DNA of 64,000 bases from a virus. The stretch is taken from IMG/VR virus record IMGVR_UViG_3300048672_001165, positions 29,685 through 93,684 of that record, one strand, 5' to 3'. Of this stretch, positions 11,001 through 21,051 are shown one piece after another. Numbering within the stretch: position 1 is the stretch's first letter; each line of letters opens with the position of its first letter. The position numbers and the translations under genes were made by a program. Below the pieces are notes generated by a model. It was given only the letters and a program-made list of their open reading frames with translations, was not told the origin of the DNA and did no database searches.

Positions 11001-11150
11001 CATTTGAAATACAACGCAGGGTGCGGTGCTGCGCTGGTGTGGAATTTACCTTCCAGCATGATCACCCCTTACAGAGATGCTGGATTAGACAGCATCCCCA
11101 GTAACACCACTGAAGTGAACAATTTTGTGACTCGCGTGTCACAGATCTAA
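8064..11150 (+). CDS. Tail fibre/adhesin paralogue 1 (Ig/FnIII-like repeats plus C-terminal beta-propeller)
   Basis: LDSLAEFAAAIGNDPNLSTT fibre motif; S/T-rich beta domains; C-terminal repeats of the form (F/M)G.SL.(L/I)S.DG. Confidence 0.75.
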   Translation: MTTYSQRSRDGQPYDFPQGFSLGGVSLDADDSTRSIGLQVPGQDATTLYTWLVQTRQRLSAAQQTLPFATQQQITEGVSNALLISPASLKQALASLIGVAPVALDSLAEFAAAIGNDPNLSTTVDSQLAQKLSLLGSTATGLAETPTPTTNLNKAQAINIEYLLAKIDEALLSLKALPSAPTLDGLSLALIGQTYTLNMSATAGSGLTIASFNVLINGGNLQTVAATNGAGVLQWTVVGTENQTLTFSVVAVDNRGRTGPSATLQATATATAIYTPTFVSPAQDNQGGLSPHLTIETSAFSSPFVSQTHAATDWAIINVSTGQVDWQALADTANLTTRAIPRTYLKNATQYTITVRYISASGQTSSWGTLHFGTAASQAAPSSVAGFGYALPGENYAATVTAVASTALDTTIESYYYSVDNGVTKLPNLLGSVNNVIAAGSDLTGLSGTIDILFYVYRNYSGFSLPVAKSVVVGQTTAGAFLFPTEGLTGVSQHPTFTVSSYTSNIPTDSHLSSTWTVTDVASNEVIDEIHNSVSAKNAWSPVGLTAGTQYRVSCIQHGTIFVGLPAVTVTCTTTTTPEAYLPSQVISTTSENNAQMGFSLSTNQDGSLFVAGIPAATMYTFSTPHTNSGAVDFINTALATSIRTMYGLSTDINTPIIYTGLASGMNVFGNVMVYNTRLPNIVIAGRNSSGTMVSTSDVLNSAITTGADGLAFVKGFAQTDMGIDFAVSSAAGIQWFQNSSLAATTRPFLLSSTIPQDPLGLGMSLQSYGDSLSISGDGNRLAVSLRWGINTNVASLVGFAVYDYNSTNNTWSSPVIKTGIVMGAWNLPTEFSASNWMQMSRDGKVIALGNPCKLSNNTGKGAIQFWVSDRGSDLSGETWTLQQTLEDARGDAIDGGMFGYSLALSSNGSVLVAACAGYLNDNGCGRVDLLLRTTPTSQSWRQKNYSMVPTAINPAELTNAHVGSALTISADGRVAMASHLKYNAGCGAALVWNLPSSMITPYRDAGLDSIPSNTTEVNNFVTRVSQI

Positions 11151-11154
11151 CTCT

Positions 11155-11215
11155 GCGGCATAAAACCACACTCGCGGCGAGAGGGCTAAAAAACCCTCTC
11201 GCCTTTTATATCGCT
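11155..11215. terminator. GCGGCATAAAA motif plus hairpin
   Basis: GGCGAGAGGG/CCCTCTCGCC stem followed by a T-rich tract. Confidence 0.7.
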
Positions 11216-11242
11216 TTTTTCTTTTTACATCACTTCAACATC

Positions 11243-14200
11243 ATGACTCATAGCGTACGCCTGCCTGGCGGTGAGACTTACAATTTTGAACAAGGTATTG
11301 CTATCAGAGGTGCTGTACTGTCGTCACCTGATGGAGCCAAAGTGCTCGGGTTGCAGTTGCCTGGGGACACTAGCCTCAGGCGCCTTTATGACTGGGTGAT
11401 TGAAGCCGAGACTCGCATCAGTGCATCTCAAGCGTCTGTACCGTTTGCGACCGGCCCTGAAGCTATTGCGGGGCTCAGTGCCACTAAGCCTGTGGGGCCT
11501 ATGGGTCTTAAGGCCATCTTTGATGCTATTCGCGCCAGCACACCCACCGCACTGGATACCTTTGCTGAGTTTGCAAACGCCATTGGAAATGATCCTCAGT
11601 TTGCAACGCATATCTTTGCACTGATCGCTGCTAAAGCACCCAGTGCTTCTCCGACGTTTACTGGACTGGTGACGCTACCAAACGTCACCAGTCAATCTAG
11701 CCCTCAGCAAGCGGTCAATATTGGCGACATGGAAGCGGCTATTGAAAATATGCTCTTAGGCTTGATGCCCCCGCCAAATGCGCCAGTGCTTGACGGTGTA
11801 TCATTTGCAGTGGTAGGCACGGACTATGTACTTTCAATGAGTGCTGTGCCCAGTGATCCGAGACTCTCTATTGCTGAGTTCCAAATCTCGTTTGGTACCA
11901 ATGCGCCTGTCGTCGTCACAGCAACAGGTAATTCAGCTGTTTACAGCTGGCCTGCTGCGGGTACCACTGGCGTGTCACTTGACATCACCGTTTTGGCTAA
12001 AGACAATAAGAATAAGTTCTCAACCTCCACCGTGAAAACCATCACGATGCTGGCTGAACTGATTCAACATCCAACGATCATTTACCCGGCTGCCAACGCT
12101 TCTAACGTTGAATTTGACCCGGTCATTGAGCTGAGCCCTTTTACGGTTAACGTCGGCTCAGATACTCACGTGGCGACCAGTTGGGTTATTCGTGAGATCA
12201 GCTCTCAAGCGGTGGTGTGGCAATCGACCACAGACGCAACCAACCTCACCACCATCCACGTACCTCTAGGCTACCTGGCAGGTAGCCGTCAATATACCGT
12301 TGAGGCGACGTATCACGGCCTCACGCTAGGTGTGAGCGGTGTAAGCCGTCAGAACTTTACAACGGCTGCTCAAAAGGTAGCTCCTGCTGCGTCGGTGAAC
12401 GGCAGCAGCAATGCTGTTTTTGATAATGCTGATTTGACGCTGGTTGTTAACAGCACCATGACGACGTCGCCTGATACCGCCGTTGTCAAATACAGCTACT
12501 CGATTGGCTCACCTAACAACCCAGTGGATAAACTGAGCGTTCTTTCACAAGAGACGCTGGTGATCCCCTATAATCAGGTGGTGTTCAATAACCAAAATCA
12601 AGCGACACTCTACGTGTGGGTCACTTACAACCATACCGGTGTGAGCGCTCAAGCTCAAATCACACTGACCAAATACGTGGCTCAGCAAGCAAGCTTCACG
12701 TACCCGTCCTATGTGAATAACGTGGCTTTGTTTGACATTCCTGTCAAGCCTGTTTTTCAAACCACAGCTTATGTGAGTAATGTGCCTGGTGATACGCATC
12801 AGTCTACTGTGTGGACGCTGACCAATCTTGACTCCAACTTTGTTGAACTGACCGAGACGACTGCCTCGGGCAATTTAACCAGCTGGACGCCTTCTAAACA
12901 GATGGCTGTAGGATCACATTACGCCGTCACAGCCAAACAAGTGGGTGCTTATAACACAGCAGGGACTCTGTCTAAAGTCAGTCAGTTTTATACTGAGATG
13001 AACAGCAGCGTCAAAGTGCAGCAATCTTCAAAAACACTCTCGCCTACCGCCTTGGCATCTGCCACCAGTATTGGTCTTGGCAGTGTGGCCATCAGCCACA
13101 CGGGTGACAAAATCATGTTTGGTGACTTGGCGGCAGCGTACGCTCGCGGCGCCGTTTATACACTAGGTCGATCTGTGCTGGGTTACAGCGAACAGTCTGC
13201 TAATCTGGTTGAAATCACGTCGCCTATTTTCATGGCGCCTGACAATACCTATTACCAGGGCTTTGGTTTTAGAAATGCACTCTCTCCTGACGGCAGCTTT
13301 GCTGTAGCGGGTGGGTTTAATTCGGTTGGGGATGCTAACCGGTACTCTAACGTCACGGTGTGGGATACTGCTTTGGGTAACGTGTACGGCTACGGAGCAC
13401 CTTCTGTTTTACCAGGAGATGCTAATAACGTCAACATCTCCCACACCTGGGGGTTGGCTGCGTCTAATGCCAAGAAGCGTGTAGTGTATCACAGCGCTTA
13501 CCGAACGCAAATCAATGGCATCAATGGTACTTGGAGGCATGTGGTCGATACCATCGCACCTAACTTTACAGACCAGGTGCAGCCTTTGTTCTTATCGAGC
13601 GACAATACCAGCTATAACGCAGCTCAGCAGTATGACCCGCGTTATCCGTTGATGGATGGCAAGTATGTCAATCTATCCATTTCTGCAGATGGCAACACCC
13701 TGGCGGTGTGCTCACCTTATCAAGCTGGTGCTAATGGAGACTTCGTCAACGTCGTCACCGTCTACCAAGTTGTCAATAAAGTCTGGGTTGTTGTAGACCG
13801 TTTCTCAGATGACATAGACCGCAGCTACACGGCACTGCAGGCTCAGAATGATCTGGCGTACATGAACACCATGAGCATGAGCGGTGATGGCAACACCATT
13901 GTGTTGGCTGGCCGTACCCAAACCATCAACGGCTCAACCAGCGGGGAAGTCAACGTCTTCACTAAAACCGCAGGCGTGTGGTCTCTCTCTAATACGCTGA
14001 ATCCAAACGTGTCCATTCTGGACCGAGTGGGTCTGGCTGGTTTGGGTGATATTGTGTTTGGTCAAGCTGTCAGCATCAACCACGATGGTACGGTGATGGC
14101 GGTACTCTACCAAGACCAAGCTCAACAAAAACCTGGTTTTTACGACATCTGGCGCCAAGAAAATGGGACTTGGGTTGAGATGGGTTACCGTATTGAGCCG

Positions 14201-14359
14201 GCCAGCGGCGTCTCTTTAGTGCTTAATGCACCGGGCTATCGGTTTGGTTCTTACGACTTCAAGCTCAGTGGAGACGGCTCTACGCTGGCGGTGTCAGAAC
14301 CGTACTCTACCATAGGACAAGGCGGCGCTATTTTGATCTACAAGGTCGGCAACTACTAA
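11243..14359 (+). CDS. Tail fibre/adhesin paralogue 2
   Basis: LDTFAEFANAIGNDPQFAT motif; same domain order as 8064..11150; ISADG/MSGDG/LSGDG propeller repeats. Confidence 0.75.
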   Translation: MTHSVRLPGGETYNFEQGIAIRGAVLSSPDGAKVLGLQLPGDTSLRRLYDWVIEAETRISASQASVPFATGPEAIAGLSATKPVGPMGLKAIFDAIRASTPTALDTFAEFANAIGNDPQFATHIFALIAAKAPSASPTFTGLVTLPNVTSQSSPQQAVNIGDMEAAIENMLLGLMPPPNAPVLDGVSFAVVGTDYVLSMSAVPSDPRLSIAEFQISFGTNAPVVVTATGNSAVYSWPAAGTTGVSLDITVLAKDNKNKFSTSTVKTITMLAELIQHPTIIYPAANASNVEFDPVIELSPFTVNVGSDTHVATSWVIREISSQAVVWQSTTDATNLTTIHVPLGYLAGSRQYTVEATYHGLTLGVSGVSRQNFTTAAQKVAPAASVNGSSNAVFDNADLTLVVNSTMTTSPDTAVVKYSYSIGSPNNPVDKLSVLSQETLVIPYNQVVFNNQNQATLYVWVTYNHTGVSAQAQITLTKYVAQQASFTYPSYVNNVALFDIPVKPVFQTTAYVSNVPGDTHQSTVWTLTNLDSNFVELTETTASGNLTSWTPSKQMAVGSHYAVTAKQVGAYNTAGTLSKVSQFYTEMNSSVKVQQSSKTLSPTALASATSIGLGSVAISHTGDKIMFGDLAAAYARGAVYTLGRSVLGYSEQSANLVEITSPIFMAPDNTYYQGFGFRNALSPDGSFAVAGGFNSVGDANRYSNVTVWDTALGNVYGYGAPSVLPGDANNVNISHTWGLAASNAKKRVVYHSAYRTQINGINGTWRHVVDTIAPNFTDQVQPLFLSSDNTSYNAAQQYDPRYPLMDGKYVNLSISADGNTLAVCSPYQAGANGDFVNVVTVYQVVNKVWVVVDRFSDDIDRSYTALQAQNDLAYMNTMSMSGDGNTIVLAGRTQTINGSTSGEVNVFTKTAGVWSLSNTLNPNVSILDRVGLAGLGDIVFGQAVSINHDGTVMAVLYQDQAQQKPGFYDIWRQENGTWVEMGYRIEPASGVSLVLNAPGYRFGSYDFKLSGDGSTLAVSEPYSTIGQGGAILIYKVGNY

Positions 14360-14361
14360 GT

Positions 14362-14405
14362 CGGCATAAGTGGCGTAGAGGTTTTTCTCCTCTACGCCTT
14401 TTTAG
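14362..14405. terminator. CGGCATAAG motif plus hairpin
   Basis: GGCGTAGAGG/CCTCTACGCC stem followed by TTTTT. Confidence 0.7.
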
Positions 14406-14435
14406 TTTCTTCTATATAAACACTCAAGGATACTC

Positions 14436-17400
14436 ATGAAAGGTTACCGAGCACCTGGCGGCCAAGCCATCAATTTTGTTGATGGTTTACATGTCAAGTC
14501 TGTGGACATGCAAGGCGGCCAAGCGACGCAAGTCTTCAATGTCTCTATTGGTGGAGATGCCGTCAAGACACTCTACAATTGGATTGTCGACGCCAAAACC
14601 AAACTGGATAACATTGCAGACCCTTTGGTCTTTGCAACCAACCAATCAGCTGTAGCAGGTACAGCAACCAATGAAATCATCACACCCGCAGCCGCTAAAG
14701 CCGTGTTGGCCCAGTACGTCGGTCAAGCCACTGCTCAGCTTGATACACTTAGAGAGTTTGCTCTAGCCATCGGAAACAATCCCAACTATGCAGCAGACCT
14801 CACGGCTCGTCTGAACAACTATGCTTCTACCGTTGACGCCGCTTTTTCAGGGCCGCTTTTGGTACCCACTGCCGTCAATCTGAATCATCAAAAGCAGTTT
14901 GTGACGCTAGAACTCTTACAAGCGCTTTTGCAAACGACGGTGTTAGGTAATCAAGCTCCGCCGTCATCGCCTTCAATTGTCAACAGCAGCCCAGCTTATA
15001 GTGGCCTCAATCTGGCATTGACGCTGTCGAGTGTGCCTAATGTTTCTGGTACATTGACCATTTCGTCTTTCAGTGTCCAAGTCGACGGCGGCGCAGCTCA
15101 AACTGTCATTGCCAACAATAACACGGCTATCTTCAATGTGACGGTAGCTAAGCTGGCTGGTCAAACGTTGACTGTAGCCGTCACCGCTACAGACTCTGCA
15201 GGCAAGGTCTCTCAGGTCAGTACGCGCACCTTCACCGTCGAGTCGCTGACGGTCGTGCCGCCCGTTGTCATCTACCCATCGGTGGGGTTGAGCAACGTGA
15301 CGCTGCAGCCCATGCTGCAAGTTCAAAATCACCCTCTGGCCAGTAACGGTGCAGACCTTCAAGTCAGTGGACAACACGCTTCTACCACGTGGGTCATTAA
15401 AGACGCCAGCAATGCCGTTGTTTGGTCAAAGGTGGGTACAAGCGGCACTCCTGATGAACGCTACAGTGTTCAAGCGCCTGCACTCCTACCTCAAACCCTT
15501 TATACACTGGATGTATTCTTCACGGTGACAGGTATTGGGGTATCACCTACCAGCAGTGTGGTTTTTACCACGACGCTGCCTCAAACAGTGCCTGTGGTGA
15601 CCAGCCCTGTCAACATTGCATCAGGTACAGAGTTGGTGTTTTCAGTGACCTCTGACGCGCCATATCCTGACACCAGTGTTACCAGTTTCATGTACCGTAT
15701 TGACAGTAACGGTGCAGGTGCCAATTGGCTGGAACAAACAACGTCAACGGGCAGCGCAGTCATCGCCATGCCGAGTTATTCGTTTTCATCTGCGCCCGGG
15801 GCAACGCTGACCATCAGCATCTACGCCAAAGGTAACAACGGTGCAGAATCGAATCATGTCACGTTTAATGTGGCGCAAGTGATTGAAAATCCATTGACCT
15901 GGGCGATCAATACCACTGATCTGATTTTGTCTTTTGATCACCCCACCGTATCGGTCAATCCTTGGACAAACGTGGTGGACGGTAACCACATTCAAGGGTA
16001 TGACTGGGTGGTCATTGACATGGCCAACAGTAACCAATTGGCTTTGCCTGGTAGTTTCATTCCAGACACCATTGGTAATGTTGGAAATGTGTTTACCATT
16101 CCAGCCATGCTCAAAATCAACCATCAATATCAGATGTACACCAGAGCTATTGCGCCTAAGAAAATCATTGAGTCGCCCACCATCACGTTCACGACCAGTG
16201 ACGCGGCTCAGATTGTAGAAACTCAAAACATCACGCAAGTGGCAGCCAGCACAACCATTGATTATGCTACCACCATCGATGTTGATCAGACTGGGACGTC
16301 GCTGCTTATTTCTTCACCCAGCGATGTCAGTGGTGGACAAACCACGGGTAAGGTCTTTGCTATTGACGTGGCAACTGGATCTCCAGGTGCAACGGGTACA
16401 GGACCTTCAAGTCAAAGTGGTAACAATTTAAAGTTTGGCCAGCGTATTTCATACAGCGGTGATGCTCATACCTTTGCAGCGTGTTTTGATACGCTGCCTA
16501 ACGTAGAAATCTACCGAGGTAGTATTCAATCAGGCTACAGCCTGTATGCCACCATTGCTATTCATGCAGACCGACTCTACCTCAATGAGGATGGCAACTA
16601 TTTAGCTGTTCGACAATTTGTAGATACTGAGTACAGCGTCGTGGTCTATAACCTCTCAGGTGTGACGCCTGTGGTGGAGTATACCGTGACAGCGGACATG
16701 ATCCATTCGCCACCTGGTACGGTGTACAGCTCGGCAGGGGAATCTTGGCGAACAGGCAACGTCATTCGCTTGAGTGCGGATGGGAAATACTTGGTGATGG
16801 GTTGCTGTACAAACTACACGTATGGTTCTGCCAATCGTGAGTTGTCAGCGTTTGTTTTCAAAAATACCAGTGTGGGTTGGGCCAAAGTAGGCGCTGTCTT
16901 TTCTGATGACAAAACCTCTTACGGCTCACTGGGTATGGACACCCAAGATAACTGGCTGGACATTGATGCTAACTGCTCTCGGATTGCCATTGGCATGCCT
17001 GAGCAACCTAGTCAATGTGTAAAAATTTGGGACGTCAACGACTATACCACAGACACCCCTACTTTTTCTGCTCCCGTGGTGATCACGGATGCTTCAACTT
17101 TGGTGATGAGTCAAAGTCGGTTTGGTTTTTCTGTTTGTTTGTCGTCAGATGGACAGCGCTTGGCTGCTACCAGCTTGAACGCCGCCAGCGTCTACATCAA
17201 CAGCACCATCACCAGTTATGTGATCGGTAAATTCTCTGTCTTTGATCTCAAGCCCGCGGGGTGGACACAACAGCCTTATAACTACATCCCTAGTTTGTTC
17301 TCTGCGCAAAACACCAGTCAAACCGCAGAGATGTCACTGGGGCTGGGTACGCGCATGCGTATGAGCGGCAACGGACTCTATGTCTTTTTGAGTAATCAAG

Positions 17401-17477
17401 GTACGGGGTATTTAAATGGGTCTTACTCCACCCCTATCAACAACACCAACGTGTACCGATTCACAATCATGCCGTGA
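14436..17477 (+). CDS. Tail fibre/adhesin paralogue 3
   Basis: LDTLREFALAIGNNPNYA motif; same architecture; FGQRISYSGD and FGFSVCLSSDG propeller repeats. Confidence 0.75.
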   Translation: MKGYRAPGGQAINFVDGLHVKSVDMQGGQATQVFNVSIGGDAVKTLYNWIVDAKTKLDNIADPLVFATNQSAVAGTATNEIITPAAAKAVLAQYVGQATAQLDTLREFALAIGNNPNYAADLTARLNNYASTVDAAFSGPLLVPTAVNLNHQKQFVTLELLQALLQTTVLGNQAPPSSPSIVNSSPAYSGLNLALTLSSVPNVSGTLTISSFSVQVDGGAAQTVIANNNTAIFNVTVAKLAGQTLTVAVTATDSAGKVSQVSTRTFTVESLTVVPPVVIYPSVGLSNVTLQPMLQVQNHPLASNGADLQVSGQHASTTWVIKDASNAVVWSKVGTSGTPDERYSVQAPALLPQTLYTLDVFFTVTGIGVSPTSSVVFTTTLPQTVPVVTSPVNIASGTELVFSVTSDAPYPDTSVTSFMYRIDSNGAGANWLEQTTSTGSAVIAMPSYSFSSAPGATLTISIYAKGNNGAESNHVTFNVAQVIENPLTWAINTTDLILSFDHPTVSVNPWTNVVDGNHIQGYDWVVIDMANSNQLALPGSFIPDTIGNVGNVFTIPAMLKINHQYQMYTRAIAPKKIIESPTITFTTSDAAQIVETQNITQVAASTTIDYATTIDVDQTGTSLLISSPSDVSGGQTTGKVFAIDVATGSPGATGTGPSSQSGNNLKFGQRISYSGDAHTFAACFDTLPNVEIYRGSIQSGYSLYATIAIHADRLYLNEDGNYLAVRQFVDTEYSVVVYNLSGVTPVVEYTVTADMIHSPPGTVYSSAGESWRTGNVIRLSADGKYLVMGCCTNYTYGSANRELSAFVFKNTSVGWAKVGAVFSDDKTSYGSLGMDTQDNWLDIDANCSRIAIGMPEQPSQCVKIWDVNDYTTDTPTFSAPVVITDASTLVMSQSRFGFSVCLSSDGQRLAATSLNAASVYINSTITSYVIGKFSVFDLKPAGWTQQPYNYIPSLFSAQNTSQTAEMSLGLGTRMRMSGNGLYVFLSNQGTGYLNGSYSTPINNTNVYRFTIMP

Positions 17478-17533
17478 CATGACTCGTCAGTCACTTCTTT
17501 TGTTTTTTAGTCTTTAAAAGGAGAACCTTCAGC

Positions 17534-18079
17534 ATGGTTCAAACTGTTTACGCCAAAGTTGATGAACACGGCCGCATTGACCAAATCTACAATGAGAAGT
17601 TTCTCATTGCCAACTCCAAGCCTTTGTCTGACTACGTCAAAGGCTTTGCACAAGAAGCACCCCCAGTCACGCATGCTCAGTACCTGCAGCAGCAAGCGCT
17701 GATTGATACGCAAGGCGTGCTGCAAGTCTCCTGGGTCGTCAAGAACTATACACTGGACGAACTCATCAACCGCATGTCGTTTCCTTTCAATGCGCAAGAC
17801 CTCACGCAAGCTATCGTAGACGCTTGTGAAGCGTTTGTTGATGAGCAGCTTGATCTCTTTGCTCAAAAGAAAGGCTACAAGAACATGGACCGTTTGGTCT
17901 CGTTTGTGACGTCGACGGTCGCCAGTTATAGTTACGACGCCAGCTTTGCAACTCAGCTGCGTGACCAAGTCTGGATTGAGTTCTATAAACTCATGGATCA
18001 ATTCAAAGCTCGTGAGCTGCAGCTGTCTAATTCAGCTCAACTTCTGCAGCGGCTACCCTCTTTGGTGTGGCCGGATTAA
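17534..18079 (+). CDS. Tail fibre assembly/chaperone-like protein
   Basis: AGGAG RBS; C-terminal LD.FAQ.KGY...SF..ST...A...RDQVW...Y...LP.LVWP pattern typical of small proteins encoded after tail fibres. Confidence 0.65.
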   Translation: MVQTVYAKVDEHGRIDQIYNEKFLIANSKPLSDYVKGFAQEAPPVTHAQYLQQQALIDTQGVLQVSWVVKNYTLDELINRMSFPFNAQDLTQAIVDACEAFVDEQLDLFAQKKGYKNMDRLVSFVTSTVASYSYDASFATQLRDQVWIEFYKLMDQFKARELQLSNSAQLLQRLPSLVWPD

Positions 18080-18103
18080 CCGACGTAACCTGATGCCTTA
18101 GAC

Positions 18104-18172
18104 ACGGCATACTCGCCCCTGGCAGCTTTCCCTCTTTGAGTGGAGGGTGCTGCCAGGGGCTATATGCCGCTT
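18104..18172. terminator. Bidirectional terminator between convergent genes
   Basis: CGGCATA...GCCCCTGGCAGC/GCTGCCAGGGGC...TATGCCG nested inverted repeat. Confidence 0.75.
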
Positions 18173-18985
18173 TTAAGGATTATTTTGAATTAGAGCTAGC
18201 GCTCTACTCTCGTCAGTCGTTTGCGCCGTGTAGAGCCGATTAGCTAGCTCCGTGGCCCCTTGTAGTTCGAGCTGTAGCGCATTAACAATCGCCAGCTGCT
18301 CATCAGCCTTATTTTTAAGCCCTATCAAGGTCAAAGCGGCATTTTGAGCTGCTGTTAAAGCCAGCACGGCGCTGTCGTCTTGGTAAGACTGTACAGTTGT
18401 TTTCAAGATGGTGAGCTGTGCATCCAAGTAAGCATAGATGGCTTGATGGCCTACAGCATCCCCCATCAGGATGGCGGTCTTAACTTCGTTAATGGCTTCA
18501 ACCAGATACTCTAACCCCACCAAGTTTTGAGCAGACGTCATGTGGGCGGTGGGCGTATAGTCCACAGGGCGGTTAAGCATGTTCTCCCAATGGGGAGGAC
18601 GGTTATCCCTATTGAGATTATCCAACAGAGCTTGAGCCGTATCGAAGTTTTTACTCCAACGACCACCCAGTTCTTGGTAATCAATAGCTACACTACTGAC
18701 TTGGCTGTTGAGAATCAGAATCGTTCGAAAGACCAGTAACCCACCTGTCATGGCGCTGGCTAGACTGAGCAGGTCAACGCACTTGTAATCGGTGCCTGGA
18801 TTCAAAACAGCGTTGGTATCTGTTCGTCGAACGACTAGGCTTTGTTCAAAGAAAGGCGAATGCTCTGGTACAACTGAACGTACCAGTTGAGAGCCCAATG
18901 TGTGGATCTCATTGACACGCTTGTTGGTGGGTGCAGTACCTGTGTAGTCTGCACTGCTGGCATTAGGGACAGGAGAAGTAGCCAC
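18173..18985 (-). CDS. Virion structural protein (baseplate/fibre-related)
   Basis: DYTGTAPTNKRVNE.H N-terminal motif, PFF..SL.V, IDYQELGG and W..M..RP..Y.PTAH; paralogous to the N-terminus of 19017..20933. Confidence 0.65.
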   Translation of the reverse strand: MATSPVPNASSADYTGTAPTNKRVNEIHTLGSQLVRSVVPEHSPFFEQSLVVRRTDTNAVLNPGTDYKCVDLLSLASAMTGGLLVFRTILILNSQVSSVAIDYQELGGRWSKNFDTAQALLDNLNRDNRPPHWENMLNRPVDYTPTAHMTSAQNLVGLEYLVEAINEVKTAILMGDAVGHQAIYAYLDAQLTILKTTVQSYQDDSAVLALTAAQNAALTLIGLKNKADEQLAIVNALQLELQGATELANRLYTAQTTDESRALALIQNNP

Positions 18986-19016
18986 GTGTGGATTCTTTCA
19001 AGATAAAGTTGAATTC

Positions 19017-20933
19017 TTAGGAAGCGTTTCGTTCAATGACAACAGACTCAAGTGCATACTTGACGTTGTTGACTGAACGTGTTTGAATCAGTTCAAACTG
19101 AACTTGATCAGTTTGAAACGTCATGTGAGTCGTCCAGACCCCTTTCGTGTCTGCAGGGTTATGTTGATAAGATCCAATCAAAACCCCATTTGCTCTCAAA
19201 TCAAAGTTAAGTGTTTGACCCGGCTCTACGTGTAGAGTGATGGTGATTTGATGACTTGTTTTAGCAGCGCTGGTGACCGCTTGCGTCCAATCTACCAAAG
19301 AGGTATTAACGCTAGAGCGTCTGCTTAAGAAGGAGCGCCCTACGCCTACTTTAGACAGCACAAAAGCAAACGGGTGGCTCACATACACCATGTTAGGGAT
19401 ATGTTCTACTATCGCTCCTGTACCAGCCCCAAAGGCGGCGTCTTGGCGACCAAAAGAAAAGTCAAAGTCTTGCCAACCACCAGAGAAGTAAGCGTTGGAG
19501 TTGACAACACTAAAGCAGTTGTGATGACGTTTGAAATAGTCATCTAAAACATCGATTTCATACAGACTCAATAGTCGGTTATAGACCAAGAATTCGATCA
19601 CTTGACCAGAGCTGTTAGGCAGAGCTTGCAAACCGACCAGTCCACCTGACTGGAGAGTCAGAGGCTTCTCTAGCCCAGACCACTTGCCGTACTGCCGAGC
19701 ATTTTGACTACTCAAAAAGTAGCTTTGATTCACATCACCCGTGCATGCAAAGTAAAGCACAGTTGCATCTTGGGCATGTCCTTGATAACTCTTAGCGTAA
19801 ACCATTCCGTTAATACGGATACCCACATCTTGAGTCAAGTCGATCTCAATAGTTTCGTGAGCTAGCTTGACTTGTCCTTTGAAGTCATTACTCACCACCA
19901 AGCACAAAGTGACTTCAGCACCCGTACTCACTGCTAAACCGCTGATGTCACTCACCGCACTACTCAGCGACAGGCCAGGCCCTTGAACAGTAGCCCCATT
20001 GAGCATCAAAGACCGAGACTGCCCCGTATGGTCTCTCCAGTACGTGGTATTGTTATCAGCCACTCTAGAGAAATCAAACCAGCAGGTCAAGTCCTGTATA
20101 TACTTAGGACTGTCAAAGTGCCTTTGAGTCAATGCCCACTTGGCAGCGATGTGTTTAAGGGCAAGCGCTTGCGTGATGTTTTGAAAGTATTTCTGTTGAC
20201 GACTATTCATCCACTTTTGCCTGACAAGCCTGTCTTGCAGCATGATGGTGCGGTCGACTGAATCGTCAATCAACGCTTTTTGTTCTAGTGTTTCTTTACG
20301 AATATTAAAAACTTGTTGTTCAATAGCGTCTGTGATGGACTGCTGCCTTTGATCAACAAGTTGGATCAACTCAGCATTCGTCGCCGGCCAGGCCACTTGT
20401 AAGATGTGGTCATGGATCGCCGTATCTTTGACATGCATGGCCGCTTCCAGTGCTTGTATAGGCACAGAGATCTGATCCATGTCGTAGTACGTGTAGAGTT
20501 GATGGATGTGAGGCGCAGGTGTAAACTGCTTGGGCTTTAAAATATCAGTGGTCCAATCAAACGTCTGATTTGGATCAAAGATAGCGTTGTACGCTGCAAA
20601 GAACGCCTGCCGGTTGGCGTACTCTGGACCACCCACATACTGCGCAGTGACGTTAACGCTGGTTGCAGTCACGCCAGCGGCCATCACAATGTTGCAGTGA
20701 ATTGCCTTTTTGAGTTCACGACTACTCAGACTCAGGAAGTCCCCCACATGGTAGTCCACCCCCTTGGTGAGCGTGACCCCTTGATCGGTTATGACGATCA
20801 AAGAGTTGCTATAAAAAGCACCCCACTCTGGAAGAATGAGTTTGTAAACAGGTACAGGGTAGTTCTCTGTTTTCAAGTTGCTTGCCGCTTGTCCTGTTTG
20901 GTCAAACGGTAGTAAAAACACAGTGTCTGTCAT
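19017..20933 (-). CDS. Virion structural protein
   Basis: PFDQTGQAASN, GAFYSNSL, AQYVGG and KPKQFTPAPHIH motifs; coiled coil and a beta-rich C-terminus. Confidence 0.65.
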   Translation of the reverse strand: MTDTVFLLPFDQTGQAASNLKTENYPVPVYKLILPEWGAFYSNSLIVITDQGVTLTKGVDYHVGDFLSLSSRELKKAIHCNIVMAAGVTATSVNVTAQYVGGPEYANRQAFFAAYNAIFDPNQTFDWTTDILKPKQFTPAPHIHQLYTYYDMDQISVPIQALEAAMHVKDTAIHDHILQVAWPATNAELIQLVDQRQQSITDAIEQQVFNIRKETLEQKALIDDSVDRTIMLQDRLVRQKWMNSRQQKYFQNITQALALKHIAAKWALTQRHFDSPKYIQDLTCWFDFSRVADNNTTYWRDHTGQSRSLMLNGATVQGPGLSLSSAVSDISGLAVSTGAEVTLCLVVSNDFKGQVKLAHETIEIDLTQDVGIRINGMVYAKSYQGHAQDATVLYFACTGDVNQSYFLSSQNARQYGKWSGLEKPLTLQSGGLVGLQALPNSSGQVIEFLVYNRLLSLYEIDVLDDYFKRHHNCFSVVNSNAYFSGGWQDFDFSFGRQDAAFGAGTGAIVEHIPNMVYVSHPFAFVLSKVGVGRSFLSRRSSVNTSLVDWTQAVTSAAKTSHQITITLHVEPGQTLNFDLRANGVLIGSYQHNPADTKGVWTTHMTFQTDQVQFELIQTRSVNNVKYALESVVIERNAS

Positions 20934-20983
20934 AACGTCTTTTCAATTTAAAAGGGTTTAAAAGTCATAGCATTCTGCCGAGG

Positions 20984-21038
20984 ACGGCATAAAACAACGT
21001 GCAGCACTTATAAGCATGCTGCACGTTGTTTCAATGTC
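20984..21038 (-). terminator. CGGCATAAAA motif plus hairpin
   Basis: AAACAACGTGCAGCA/TGCTGCACGTTGTTT stem downstream of the minus-strand gene at 21052. Confidence 0.7.
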
Positions 21039-21051
21039 AATGACAAGCCCG

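Noticed and set aside
8064-17477. Diversity-generating retroelement or invertible cassette acting on the tail fibres
   Set aside because: No reverse transcriptase or invertase in the window and no near-identical template/variable repeat pair seen; the paralogues are deeply diverged.
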